Shown one piece after another: positions 34,097 through 45,392 of a stretch of DNA of 64,000 nucleotides. Origin of the DNA: Polyangiales bacterium. GTDB lineage: Bacteria; Myxococcota_A; Polyangia; Polyangiales; JAWKRM01. The stretch is from positions 101,636 to 165,635 of the forward strand of contig JAWKRM010000003.1 in the NCBI GenBank assembly GCA_041389625.1, in the 5' to 3' direction. Numbering within the stretch: position 1 is the stretch's first letter; each line of letters opens with the position of its first letter. A program made the translations under genes and the position numbers. Below the pieces are notes generated by a model. It was not told the origin of the DNA. It made no database searches and was given only the letters and a program-made list of their open reading frames with translations.

Positions 34097-35542
34097 ATGG
34101 GGACGACGGACGTTCGCGCACGGGAGGGGGTGGGGCGTCGGTGGAGCCTCTCGGCGCTCGCCTGCGTGGCTCTCGGCGGCTGCCACGATTTCGATGCGCT
34201 TCGGGCATCGGACGGGGGATCGGACACCGAGGCTGCTGTGGAAGCGGGCATGGAGGGGGGCGCGGTCCCGGATCCGATTCGCCCAAGCTTCGTGAGCCCC
34301 AAGAACCTGGCGGCGGCGCTCGCGGGGACCCGGGAGATCATCCTCGAGGGCGGCGTCACCGCGTTGTGGGATGTGGAGTCGGGGGAGCTTCAGGTGAAAG
34401 GTGAAGACGAGCCGAGATTCACACAGGAGCCGCTCGTGGAGTCGCAGGGGGACGGAATGCCCGAACTCGCGGTGTTCCCCGTCGCCCGCCTTGTTGTGAG
34501 CTCGAACGCCACGCTCCAATTCGCCGGCCCCCATGCGGTCGTGCTCTCGGCCAGGGAGGGGATCGACATCGCGGGCACGGTCACCGTCGGCGCGAAGGGG
34601 GGGCTCGGCGGCCCCGGCGGCGCGACGTCACTTCCCGAAGTCGGTGAGCTCAGTTTCCCAGTGTCGGGTCAGCAGGGACCGAAAGGCGGGAACGATCTGG
34701 TCAACGCGTACGCATATTCAGGGGCCGGGGGCGGCGGAAATGGGGCGCCGGGCGGCAGCGGTGGCTTCGCATGGGCGAAGAACGGCGTCGGTTCCGCAGC
34801 AAGCGCGCTCGGCGGACCTGGAGGCGCCGCATGGGCGGATGTTTCGGATTGGGATGCTCGTGCGGCGCTCGTCGGCGGCGGGGCGGGCGGGCCGACGCGA
34901 TGCGGAGTCAATTTCGAGGCTCGCGCGCAAGGTGGTGGTGGCGGTGGGGCGCTCCTCCTCGCTTCGCAGCGCAGCATCGTCCTCCGGGCCTCGGGCCGCG
35001 TTTCGGCTCCGGGGGCGGGCGGACCAGCGCCGGTGGACGCGGCCAACTGCGAGCCCGACCGTTCGGTCGCGGGTGCGGGCGGCGGCGCGGGTGGCACGTT
35101 GGTGCTCGAGGCGCCGCGCGTCGAGATAGCGGGTACCGTGGCAGCGAACGGAGGCGGCGGGGCGGGTTCAGGTCGCAACGCGCTGGCGGTCGAGGCCTCC
35201 CGAGGCAAGGTCGGAACGGACGGGCAGCCCGGCATTCAGGTGGCCGGGGGTGGCGCCGCGGGCGCCAACCACGACTCCGGCGACGGCTACAGCTATCGAC
35301 ATAGCGCAGGTGGCTCGGGCGGTGCCGCGGGCGCTTCGCTGGCACCCGGAGCCGAAGGCGTGACTCTCATGCACATGGTCACTGCGCTCCAAAGCATCAG
35401 CAGCATCTCCGGTGGCGGTGGTGGCGGCGCAGGTCGCATCGAGATCCGGACCGCAAGCGGTGTCCGCGATGCGGCTTGGGTGCTCTCGCCCAGCGACGCC
35501 CCGCAGGTTATCGTGGAGCAGGTCATGCCACTCGCGGAGTAG
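34097..35542 (+). CDS. glycine-rich repeat lipoprotein of unknown function
   Basis: ATG at 34097. The lipobox is VALGGC. Recurring G-runs are flanked by short beta-like segments (GGGGGGALLLASQRSIVLRASGRVSAPGAGG; GGGAGGTLVLEAPRVEIAGTVAANGGGGAGSG; GGGGGGAGRIEIRTASG), suggesting a beta-helix-like solenoid. Confidence 0.7.
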   Translation: MGTTDVRAREGVGRRWSLSALACVALGGCHDFDALRASDGGSDTEAAVEAGMEGGAVPDPIRPSFVSPKNLAAALAGTREIILEGGVTALWDVESGELQVKGEDEPRFTQEPLVESQGDGMPELAVFPVARLVVSSNATLQFAGPHAVVLSAREGIDIAGTVTVGAKGGLGGPGGATSLPEVGELSFPVSGQQGPKGGNDLVNAYAYSGAGGGGNGAPGGSGGFAWAKNGVGSAASALGGPGGAAWADVSDWDARAALVGGGAGGPTRCGVNFEARAQGGGGGGALLLASQRSIVLRASGRVSAPGAGGPAPVDAANCEPDRSVAGAGGGAGGTLVLEAPRVEIAGTVAANGGGGAGSGRNALAVEASRGKVGTDGQPGIQVAGGGAAGANHDSGDGYSYRHSAGGSGGAAGASLAPGAEGVTLMHMVTALQSISSISGGGGGGAGRIEIRTASGVRDAAWVLSPSDAPQVIVEQVMPLAE

Positions 35543-35595
35543 GCGTCCAATCCAGCGCTGGAGCGGTTCCTTGGTGGGGCTGAACGCTCACGACA

Positions 35596-35612
35596 GAGCA
35601 CTCGGAGTGCCC
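35596..35612. repeat. solo copy of the V-type dyad
   Basis: GAGCACTC-G-GAGTGCCC is followed by ..caagccgagcc.. The 9-mer aagccgagc is shared with V unit 4. It lies 54 nt after the glycine-rich gene and 179 nt before acnA. Confidence 0.7.
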
Positions 35613-35790
35613 ACTCGCAAGCCGAGCCAAACGCGGCGAAGCACCGAACTTGCTCACCGACATCCCGCCCAACCCTTGTCGCAACAGGCGATCCGACTCA
35701 CCTCTGCCATCCGAATTGAACCGATTTCCCCTCGTCGCCGCCGTTTTCCTGGGGGTTCTTTGGCCCTAGGCCTCGTGGTAGGACAGCGCC

Positions 35791-38457
<2,667 letters not shown>

Positions 38458-38489
38458 ACGCTGCGAAACGCGACGCGGGTGCGATGTGG

Positions 38490-38804
38490 CTAGAAGCCTC
38501 CGTCGTCCCCGGCGTCGTCGTCGTCGCCGGCGTCGGGGCGACACGCCGCGCCGGCGTTCTGAAACTCCCATGCCCCATCGATACACAAGTACTCGGAGCC
38601 AACGTCGGCGCACGGGGGCGGGGGCGATTCCCCGCAGACGGACCATGGCTTCGTGTTCGGGCATCCCTCGAACGGGGGGCAGTCCTTAGAACCGGCGTCC
38701 GAAGCGCGTTCGTGGCAGGCGGGCAAGAGCGCCCCGACGCTGAACAAGAGGCAAAGACCAATCGCGTACGAGCGGAGCGCGCGCGGGCTGGAGTTGATCG
38801 TCAT
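38490..38804 (-). CDS. small Cys-rich lipoprotein
   Basis: 104 aa. The ATG at 38804 has AAGGA 11 nt upstream. The lipobox is ALLPAC. The mature part has 7 further Cys and an acidic tail. A sigma-54-type promoter lies ~50 nt upstream. Confidence 0.6.
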   Translation of the reverse strand: MTINSSPRALRSYAIGLCLLFSVGALLPACHERASDAGSKDCPPFEGCPNTKPWSVCGESPPPPCADVGSEYLCIDGAWEFQNAGAACRPDAGDDDDAGDDGGF

Positions 38805-38853
38805 TCGGGTTCAATCCTTTGCAGGTCGGTAAGCGTGATTGGGCTCGGAGTGT

Positions 38854-38869
38854 AGCAAGCCGCGTGCCG
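38854..38869 (-). promoter_or_regulatory. sigma-54 (-24/-12) type promoter
   Basis: The minus strand reads CGGCACG-CGGC-TTGCT against the consensus TGGCACG-N4-TTGCW. GG and GC have the correct spacing. The -12 GC sits about 50 nt upstream of the ATG at 38804. Confidence 0.6.
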
Positions 38870-38943
38870 AGCGAGTGGCCGAAGTCCTCGGCCCGTTCGC
38901 GAACGCATGCGTGCCAGATTTCGCCGCGCCTGTGGTCAGCGAG

Positions 38944-39831
38944 CTACTCCCCGCAGGGAATCGCCTTCGTGCCCACGGCCACGTCGTCGACGTAGGTGGT
39001 GGCGGGGCCCGGCGCGAGGGAACCGCTCGACCAGGTATAGGGGATGGGTAGGAAGAGGTGCTTGTACCCGCCCGGCACGTCGAAGGTGGCCGGTCCGCCG
39101 TTGCCCGTGGCCGGCGACGTCTGCATGTAGAGTGATTCCGTTCCGCCCGCTGGCTTGATGTAGACGGTCTGTTGGGGGGGATCGAAACGGACCTCCGCGC
39201 GGAAGCAGAACCACTTGTTGAGCGGAAGCCCGGCGCCGGCCGTGTCGTGGGCGTAGCTGGTGTTGTCGCCGGTGCCGTCGTAGCGCTCGAAGTAGAAGCC
39301 CGCCCCCGCCTGCGTGCCGGTTCGGCCGAGGGCGTAGTAGCTGATCGCGCCCGAGTTGTCGTTCGGGCGAGCGGTTTCGCTCTCAAAGTCGGCGATATCG
39401 AAATGGACGATGGCATCGTCGTCGGTGCTTTCGTCGTCCGCGATGAAGTAGTACGCACGAAAGTAGAGCGTGCCGTTGTCGATCGCGCTTGAGAGAACGC
39501 CCTTGAGTGCGGAGGTGCCCGGCGCACCATCCACCTTGCCGCGCGCCGCCCCGCTGCCGCTGTGCACGGGCTCTGGCGCGGTGACGCGAATGGCGGGGGT
39601 CTCGGGTGCACCCGTCGGTAGCCAAGCGGACAGCGCGTCATCCTCGAATCCATCGCAGAACACGAGACCGTCGAGGGAGTCACAGTCCAACGGGTTTCCG
39701 CCGGCGCACGCGTCTCCTTCGCACGCGACGGCGCCGTCGGCGGTCGCGCGATCGAAGCCGAAGTCGAAGCAGCCTGCCAAGCAGCTCGCGGCGAGGGCGA
39801 AACACACGCCACGCACGGGCGCACGGTGCAT
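38944..39831 (-). CDS. lipoprotein with a concanavalin-A-like (LamG / lectin-glucanase fold) domain
   Basis: Start is ATG 39831 or 39864. The lipobox is SCLAGC. After a Cys-rich linker comes the typical FCDGFEDDALSAWL.. opening of jelly-roll domains, followed by a beta-rich body. Confidence 0.65.
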   Translation of the reverse strand: MHRAPVRGVCFALAASCLAGCFDFGFDRATADGAVACEGDACAGGNPLDCDSLDGLVFCDGFEDDALSAWLPTGAPETPAIRVTAPEPVHSGSGAARGKVDGAPGTSALKGVLSSAIDNGTLYFRAYYFIADDESTDDDAIVHFDIADFESETARPNDNSGAISYYALGRTGTQAGAGFYFERYDGTGDNTSYAHDTAGAGLPLNKWFCFRAEVRFDPPQQTVYIKPAGGTESLYMQTSPATGNGGPATFDVPGGYKHLFLPIPYTWSSGSLAPGPATTYVDDVAVGTKAIPCGE

Positions 39832-39960
39832 CGGGAACGTCGCGTGGTGGGAGCTCCGATGCATGCGCGAGGAAGCCTACCACGCGTCCTCGCCGCGTCG
39901 TGCGAGCCGCTTCTCCCCATTGGAATTCTCAAGTACGCTGGTCGGCATTCCGCGAACCGC

Positions 39961-41262
39961 ATGAGCAAGCCTTCGAACGATCCCGAGACGCTTGAACAGC
40001 CCGATTTGGTCCGCCTTTTTGGGGTCGTCACCAGGGCGTGTCCCTCCGTGCGATGGACCGATTCCGGGGGCGAGCACGAGTTCATCGTCGAATCGAACCG
40101 CGCCGTCATCGGCTCGGGGGGCGGCGTGGACGTTCAGCTCGCCGATCCACTCGTCTCACGGCTCCATGCGGAGTTCGAGCTTGGCGACAACGGGCTCTGG
40201 GTGACCGACCTCGGAAGCAAGAATGGCTCGTACGTGAACGGCGTTCGCGTGCGTGGCGCACGGATTCCTCCGAATGGGGTGGTGCAACTCGGATCGACGG
40301 AGCTGCGCGTGCACTATGGCGCCCCTCCCATGCCCGTCGATGTCTGGCCCGAAGAGGGGTTCGGGCAACTTGTGGGCAAGTCCGTGCTGATGCGCGAGCT
40401 TTTCGCGAAGCTCGCTCGCATCGCGAAGCTCGATGACGGCGTCTTGATCCAGGGCGAGACGGGCACGGGCAAAGAACTTGTCGCGCGCGCGATTCACGAC
40501 CATTCACCGCGCGCCCAAGCGCCATTCGCAGTGGTCGATTGTGCGGCCCTCCCTGGCAACCTGCTCGAGGTCGAACTGTTTGGGCATGCGAGGGGAGCGT
40601 TCACGGGCGCGTCGGACGCACGGGAGGGCACGATCGAGGCGGCGGCGGGCGGCACGGTGCTCCTCGACGAGATTGGTGAGCTTCCGCTCGAGCTCCAACC
40701 GAAGCTCCTGCGTGTCATCGAGTCCCATTCGCTGCGGCGTCTCGGCGAAACGGAGTTCCGGGAAGTCGACGTTCGCTTCATTGCGGCGACGCACCGGAAC
40801 CTCCGGGAGATGGTCAACAACGGTACGTTTCGTGAAGACCTGTACTTCCGGATCGCGGTATTCCCCGTCCTGATCCCGCCGCTTCGTGATCGCGTCGAAG
40901 ACATCCCATTGCTGATCAAGAAGATGTTCCCGAATCAGCCCGAAGGAACGATTCCGCCCGAACTCATGCGCGTGCTGCGCGAGCGGCCGTGGTCCGGCAA
41001 CGTGCGTGAGCTTCGCAATTTCGTGAATCGAGCCGCCGTGTTCGGTGCTTCGGAGGCGGCGGAGACGATGCAGCGACCCCGGAAGGTCGAAACGAGCGAA
41101 ATGAACTTCTCAGAAGCCCGTACGGAGATGATTCACGCCTTCGAGCGTCAGTACGTCAAGGAACTCCTCGAACGGCATGGGCACAATGTTACGGCGGCGG
41201 CGGAGGCGGCTGGGATCACCCGCGTTTGGCTCCACAAGCTGGTCCGCAAACACTCGCTGTAG
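39961..41262 (+). CDS. sigma-54-dependent transcriptional activator with an N-terminal FHA domain
   Basis: ATG at 39961. The FHA region reads VIGSGGGVDVQLADPLVSRLHAEFELGDNGLWVTDLGSKNGSYVNG. The AAA+ core has GETGTGKE and ELFGHARGAFTGA. The C-terminal Fis-type HTH reads GHNVTAAAEAAGITRVWLHKLVRKH. Confidence 0.9.
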   Translation: MSKPSNDPETLEQPDLVRLFGVVTRACPSVRWTDSGGEHEFIVESNRAVIGSGGGVDVQLADPLVSRLHAEFELGDNGLWVTDLGSKNGSYVNGVRVRGARIPPNGVVQLGSTELRVHYGAPPMPVDVWPEEGFGQLVGKSVLMRELFAKLARIAKLDDGVLIQGETGTGKELVARAIHDHSPRAQAPFAVVDCAALPGNLLEVELFGHARGAFTGASDAREGTIEAAAGGTVLLDEIGELPLELQPKLLRVIESHSLRRLGETEFREVDVRFIAATHRNLREMVNNGTFREDLYFRIAVFPVLIPPLRDRVEDIPLLIKKMFPNQPEGTIPPELMRVLRERPWSGNVRELRNFVNRAAVFGASEAAETMQRPRKVETSEMNFSEARTEMIHAFERQYVKELLERHGHNVTAAAEAAGITRVWLHKLVRKHSL

Positions 41263-42782
41263 CGCGCTGGCCTGCTAAAATAACACCCGCTTTGTCCGCA
41301 CCATCCGACGTCCGCGGCGTGGGTGTCGGCTCCGGCCGATCCTACGAACTGCTTCTCAAGATCGCTTCGGGCGGCATGGCGACGGTCTATGTGGGGCGTG
41401 CGGTGGATGCCGCTCCCAACGCGGAGCTCGTGACCGCGAAGCACGTCGCCATCAAGGTGTGTCACCGACACCTCCTCGAGGATGCCGACTTCCGGCGGAT
41501 GTTTCTGAACGAAGCCGCGCTGGCGGCGCGCATCCGGCACCCGAACGTTGTCCCGACGTTGGATGTGGGCGAAGGCAACGCGCTCTTCCTCGTGATGGCG
41601 TACGTGGAGGGGGACCGGGTATCGACCCTCTCCCGCGCTGCGGCGAAGGGCGGGCACCGATTCCCCGTGGATGTCGCCGTTCGCGTTCTGCTCGACGCAC
41701 TGGCGGGGCTCCACGAAGCGCACGAGCTCAAGGGTGAGGACGGTTCGCCGCTACACATCGTTCATCGGGACGCGAGCCCACAGAACATCATCGTGGGCGT
41801 GGATGGCGTCGCGAGGATTCTCGACTTCGGCGTCGCCAAGATATTGGCGCAGCCCGGCACGACGAAGGAAGGCAACATCAAGGGCAAGCTCGGGTACATG
41901 CCGCCCGAGCAGCTCCACTACCGCAAGGTTGGCCGGTTCACGGACGTGTACGCCGCGGGGGTTGTCCTCTGGGAAATGCTGGCCGGTCGACGCCTATTCA
42001 AAGGCGACACGGAGGGAGAAACGGTGGCCCTCGTCCTGCGAGGGGCGGTGCCTGCGCTTGGCGAGTTTCGTCCGGACGTGTCCGCGGAGCTCGAGGCCGT
42101 GATTCGAAGGGCGGTGCACCGCGATCAACGCGAACGGTTTCCATCCGCCCGTGAGTTCGCATTGGCACTCGAGGCGTGCGGCGCGCCCGTGGCCACCCAC
42201 GAGGAGGTGGCGATGTACGTCCAGCGAATGGTGGGGACGACGCTCGAACGGCGGCGTGCGGCGCTCGCCGAACTCGAGCTCAACGGCGGCGCATTGGGCC
42301 GTGTCGGTGGCGTGGAGCCCCATCCCGAGTCGAACGCGGAGGACGGCGTTGACCTGGATGCGAAGACAACCGTGTCACCCCAGGCCGAGTCGTCGACGGA
42401 CCTTCGTGCCCCGTCGGCGGGTTCGAGGCGATTCGCGTGGGGTCTTGGTGCCGTGGTCCTCGTTCTCGGGTTCGGGGTCCTCGCGTTCTGGTGGAATGCG
42501 CAGGGGCCGGCAGCTCCCGTGGAATCGAACGTTGGTGCCGTGGTGGATCGCGCAGCGCCCGAGCAGGCGAATGCGCCCGCGGCACCTTCAACGCCGGTTC
42601 GGGTGGCGGCGGAACCGCCTCCATCGACGGTCGGCGCAAGCGACGATGCGGACACCACGGAGGCGTCAAAGCCTTCCGACGCCCCGAAAAACGCAGTACG
42701 CTCGAGCCGCCGCCGTGAAAACACACGTCCCGACAGACGAAAGAAGTCGCAGCGGCAGGAGTGGTGGCCGGACGACATCTGA
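41226..42782 (+). CDS. Ser/Thr protein kinase with one TM segment and a Pro/Ala-rich extracytoplasmic tail
   Basis: Kinase motifs seen are IASGGMATVY, AIKV, HRDASPQNI, DFGVAK and GYMPPEQ. The TM segment is GLGAVVLVLGFGVLAFWW. The start is uncertain: TTG 41226 overlaps the activator gene, and the alternatives are TTG 41292 and GTG 41319. Confidence 0.85.
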   Translation: MAPQAGPQTLAVARWPAKITPALSAPSDVRGVGVGSGRSYELLLKIASGGMATVYVGRAVDAAPNAELVTAKHVAIKVCHRHLLEDADFRRMFLNEAALAARIRHPNVVPTLDVGEGNALFLVMAYVEGDRVSTLSRAAAKGGHRFPVDVAVRVLLDALAGLHEAHELKGEDGSPLHIVHRDASPQNIIVGVDGVARILDFGVAKILAQPGTTKEGNIKGKLGYMPPEQLHYRKVGRFTDVYAAGVVLWEMLAGRRLFKGDTEGETVALVLRGAVPALGEFRPDVSAELEAVIRRAVHRDQRERFPSAREFALALEACGAPVATHEEVAMYVQRMVGTTLERRRAALAELELNGGALGRVGGVEPHPESNAEDGVDLDAKTTVSPQAESSTDLRAPSAGSRRFAWGLGAVVLVLGFGVLAFWWNAQGPAAPVESNVGAVVDRAAPEQANAPAAPSTPVRVAAEPPPSTVGASDDADTTEASKPSDAPKNAVRSSRRRENTRPDRRKKSQRQEWWPDDI

Positions 42783-43851
42783 TCGGTCGCTCGTCGCTTC
42801 CGGCGGCGCGCTACGGCGACTCGGGCCGACTGTCTTCCTGACCGTTCTCGTCTCCCTCTCCGCGGCACTCTCGAGCTCCGCCCGAGCGCAGTCCAGCGGG
42901 GAAGATGCGGCGGACAGCGGGCGAGCGGGGGCGGATAGCGCAGACGAGGGGCGGCGTCACTTTGCGTCGGGGATGGCGTTCTACAGCGCGCGCAACTTCG
43001 AGGACGCGCTCAACGAGTTTCGGGCGTCGGTGACGGCGTACCCATCGCCCAACGCACAGCTTGCCGTTGCGCGTTGCCTACGGGACATGGGGCGGCTCCC
43101 GGAGGCTGTTCTCGAGTATGAGAAGGCCGTCGTCCTCGCGAGCGAACGAATCGCGGAACAGCCGAACTATCGGCAAGCACGGGACGCGGCGCAGGAGGAA
43201 CTGCGCCTCGTGGCGTCGAGCGTTGGGCGCGTTCGCATCGTCCTTGACCCGCGGCCCTCGGACCTCGAGATGACGCTGAACGGGGAGCCACTTCCCGCGG
43301 CGGCGCTCGACCGCGCCTGGCCGGTGCTTCCAGGGCGGTTTGAGCTCCTCGTTCGGGCGAACGGCTACCGCGAGGGGCGGGTTGTTGCCGAAGTCCGCGC
43401 GGGGGCGGAGGCGCCCGCCGTCGTGGCGCTGGTCCCCGAGCATGGCGAGGTCGCACCGACGGTTCCGGTCGATCCGGCCGCGGACGACGGGGCGCCGGAA
43501 GACGAGGTTACGCCCGGGGGCAGCGCCACCTTGGAGTACCTCGCGTGGGGCGCGACGGGGCTCGCCGCCGCGAGCGCCGTCGTCTTTGTCATTTCCTATG
43601 TGCTCGCCTCGGGGAAGCAGGACGACTTCACGAAGAGCTGCATCGACGCCGTGTGCCCCGCGTCGCGTCGCGACGACCTTCGATCCACGGGCAACACCTA
43701 CGAGTCGATGACGAACATCTCGTTCGGCGTCGGCCTCGTCTCCGTCGCCGCGGCGGTGACGTTCTTCCTCCTCGACTGGGCGGACGCGACACCGGGGGAT
43801 GCCGAGCTTTCGGCACGCCCCGGTGACATTGGCCTCGGCGTGCGTTTCTAG
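42715..43851 (+). CDS. exported TPR / PEGA-like domain protein with C-terminal TM segments
   Basis: The signal-like segment is LGPTVFLTVLVSLSAALSSSARA/QS. A TPR-like region (FEDALNEFRASVTAYPSPNAQLAVARCLRDMGRLPEAVLEYEKAV) is followed by a PEGA-like segment (VGRVRIVLDPRPSDLEMTLNGEP..GRFELLVRANGYREGRVV). The only in-frame start near the signal is GTG 42715, 68 nt inside the kinase gene. Confidence 0.6.
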   Translation: MKTHVPTDERSRSGRSGGRTTSDRSLVASGGALRRLGPTVFLTVLVSLSAALSSSARAQSSGEDAADSGRAGADSADEGRRHFASGMAFYSARNFEDALNEFRASVTAYPSPNAQLAVARCLRDMGRLPEAVLEYEKAVVLASERIAEQPNYRQARDAAQEELRLVASSVGRVRIVLDPRPSDLEMTLNGEPLPAAALDRAWPVLPGRFELLVRANGYREGRVVAEVRAGAEAPAVVALVPEHGEVAPTVPVDPAADDGAPEDEVTPGGSATLEYLAWGATGLAAASAVVFVISYVLASGKQDDFTKSCIDAVCPASRRDDLRSTGNTYESMTNISFGVGLVSVAAAVTFFLLDWADATPGDAELSARPGDIGLGVRF

Positions 43852-45359
43852 ATCAGCTCGGCAAGCGGGCCGTTCGCATACATGTACTTCGGTTCGCCGA
43901 AGGTCTGATCCGTGGCGCCCATGGACTGCAGCACCGTGGTGAAGACCTGGCCGCTCGAAGCGACCTTGCCGCTCCATTTGAGCGAGTTGGGGTCCGCCTG
44001 GCGGTAGGGATTGAAATCGACGTAGCGACCCGTGCGGAAGTACGTTCCGCCGCCGAGCAGCATGAACGGGATGTCCCGCTGTTCCTGGTGGGCGCCGCCG
44101 CAGGAGGCTTCCGTGGTGTAGAGCACCAGGGAGTTGTCGAGCATGGGCCGGCCGCCTTCGAGGAACGAGGTGTCGTTGAGCTGCTCCGCGATGCTCTTCG
44201 CGAGGCCGAGTCGCCACTTGCGCGTGGCGCGCATGTTTCCAAGCCACTTTGCATAACCCGTCGAGTCGCCGAGACCGAAACCCTCGCTCGGGTCCGGCGC
44301 CTGCTTTCCGTATCGCTGGATCTCGTGGCCGAGGCTGTGACCTTCGGCGCCGACCGTGCTCTTGATCGGCGCCATGGTGTCGCCGATCTGCAGGCCAGCC
44401 ACGTTCGTGATGCCGCACCGCATCGCTGCGACGATCAGGTTCGCGAGGATGGGCCCCGTCTTGTCGTGGGGCACCTGATAGTAGTCGGGGGTGTTGAGCC
44501 GGTCCGACGTCGGCGGCTGTGCGCACATCACCGACGGTTCGATGGTCATGATCTGCTTTTCAATGTCCGACAGGTGATCGAGGTGGGCGTCGACGATGGC
44601 CTTGTCGGAGGTGCCGAGCTTCTTGCTGAACTCCGCGTAGCCGTCCATGACGGTGTTGAGCAGGTTCTTGCGCGCCTGTTGCGCGCGGGTCGCCGCGGGA
44701 TCCGTGGTGGAGCCTCCCGTGGGGAGGTTCTTGAAATCGCGATTGAACGCGTCGAGCGGGTTGTACTCGCCTTCGGAGCGCGTGCATCGGGAGCCCAGGG
44801 TGCCGGTGTAGAAGGGCGTGGTGTAGAGCGAGCCGGGCACCGTGTAGTGGAGCGGCGAACTGCGCCCACCGAGTCGCGCCGCGAGGCGTTGCGCGACCAC
44901 GTAGTCGATGGACGGGCCGTTGGCGTACACGCTCTCGACGCCGCGATTGCCGATCGTGGCCTGCGTCAGACAGGTGGCATTGCTCGAATAGTGCTCGCTG
45001 TTGTACGCGCACTCGGCATACCCGGCCGCGCTGTCGATGCCGCGGAGCACGAGCATCTTCGACTCGAGCGCGGTGCCGCGGAAATCGACGTGTGCCTGCC
45101 CGAACTGCCACCCGGCCATCGGCAGCCAGTCGTCGATCTTCGGTCCCAAGTCGTTTCCGCTGCGCCGGTTGCCGACATCGTCAATGGCCATCGTTTCGCC
45201 ACCCTCGTGGTAGACGACCACGAAGCGTTTGAGCGGCCCGCCCGCGGCCCACGCTCGCTCATGGGTGAACTCAAGCAGCGGCAACCCGAGCGTGAATCCG
45301 CCCACCCCGCGTAGGAACGCGCGCCTGCCACTGTTGCGATTTGCGTTGAAGTGCGACAC
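43848..45359 (-). CDS. Tat-signal exported protein, DUF1552-like
   Basis: The N-terminus NSGRRAFLRGVGGFTLGL is a textbook twin-arginine motif. 503 aa. It is paired with a DUF1592-type gene upstream, as in the Planctomycete/Myxobacterial two-gene module. The family name is from memory. Confidence 0.7.
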   Translation of the reverse strand: MSHFNANRNSGRRAFLRGVGGFTLGLPLLEFTHERAWAAGGPLKRFVVVYHEGGETMAIDDVGNRRSGNDLGPKIDDWLPMAGWQFGQAHVDFRGTALESKMLVLRGIDSAAGYAECAYNSEHYSSNATCLTQATIGNRGVESVYANGPSIDYVVAQRLAARLGGRSSPLHYTVPGSLYTTPFYTGTLGSRCTRSEGEYNPLDAFNRDFKNLPTGGSTTDPAATRAQQARKNLLNTVMDGYAEFSKKLGTSDKAIVDAHLDHLSDIEKQIMTIEPSVMCAQPPTSDRLNTPDYYQVPHDKTGPILANLIVAAMRCGITNVAGLQIGDTMAPIKSTVGAEGHSLGHEIQRYGKQAPDPSEGFGLGDSTGYAKWLGNMRATRKWRLGLAKSIAEQLNDTSFLEGGRPMLDNSLVLYTTEASCGGAHQEQRDIPFMLLGGGTYFRTGRYVDFNPYRQADPNSLKWSGKVASSGQVFTTVLQSMGATDQTFGEPKYMYANGPLAELI

Positions 45360-45392
45360 TCGATTTCCTCCCTGATTGTCCCGTTCGCTGCG

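Noticed and set aside
33255-35542. Type III toxin-antitoxin layout: tandem RNA repeats, a terminator, then a toxin gene, as in ToxIN.
   Set aside because: The geometry is similar, but the downstream gene encodes a 481-aa glycine-rich lipoprotein with a signal peptide, not a small cytoplasmic endoribonuclease. It also lies 165 nt after the hairpin.
38899-38916. Second sigma-54-like -24 element (TGGCAC on the minus strand, 38916-38911).
   Set aside because: The sequence at the -12 position reads CGTT/TTCG rather than TTGC at the required spacing.
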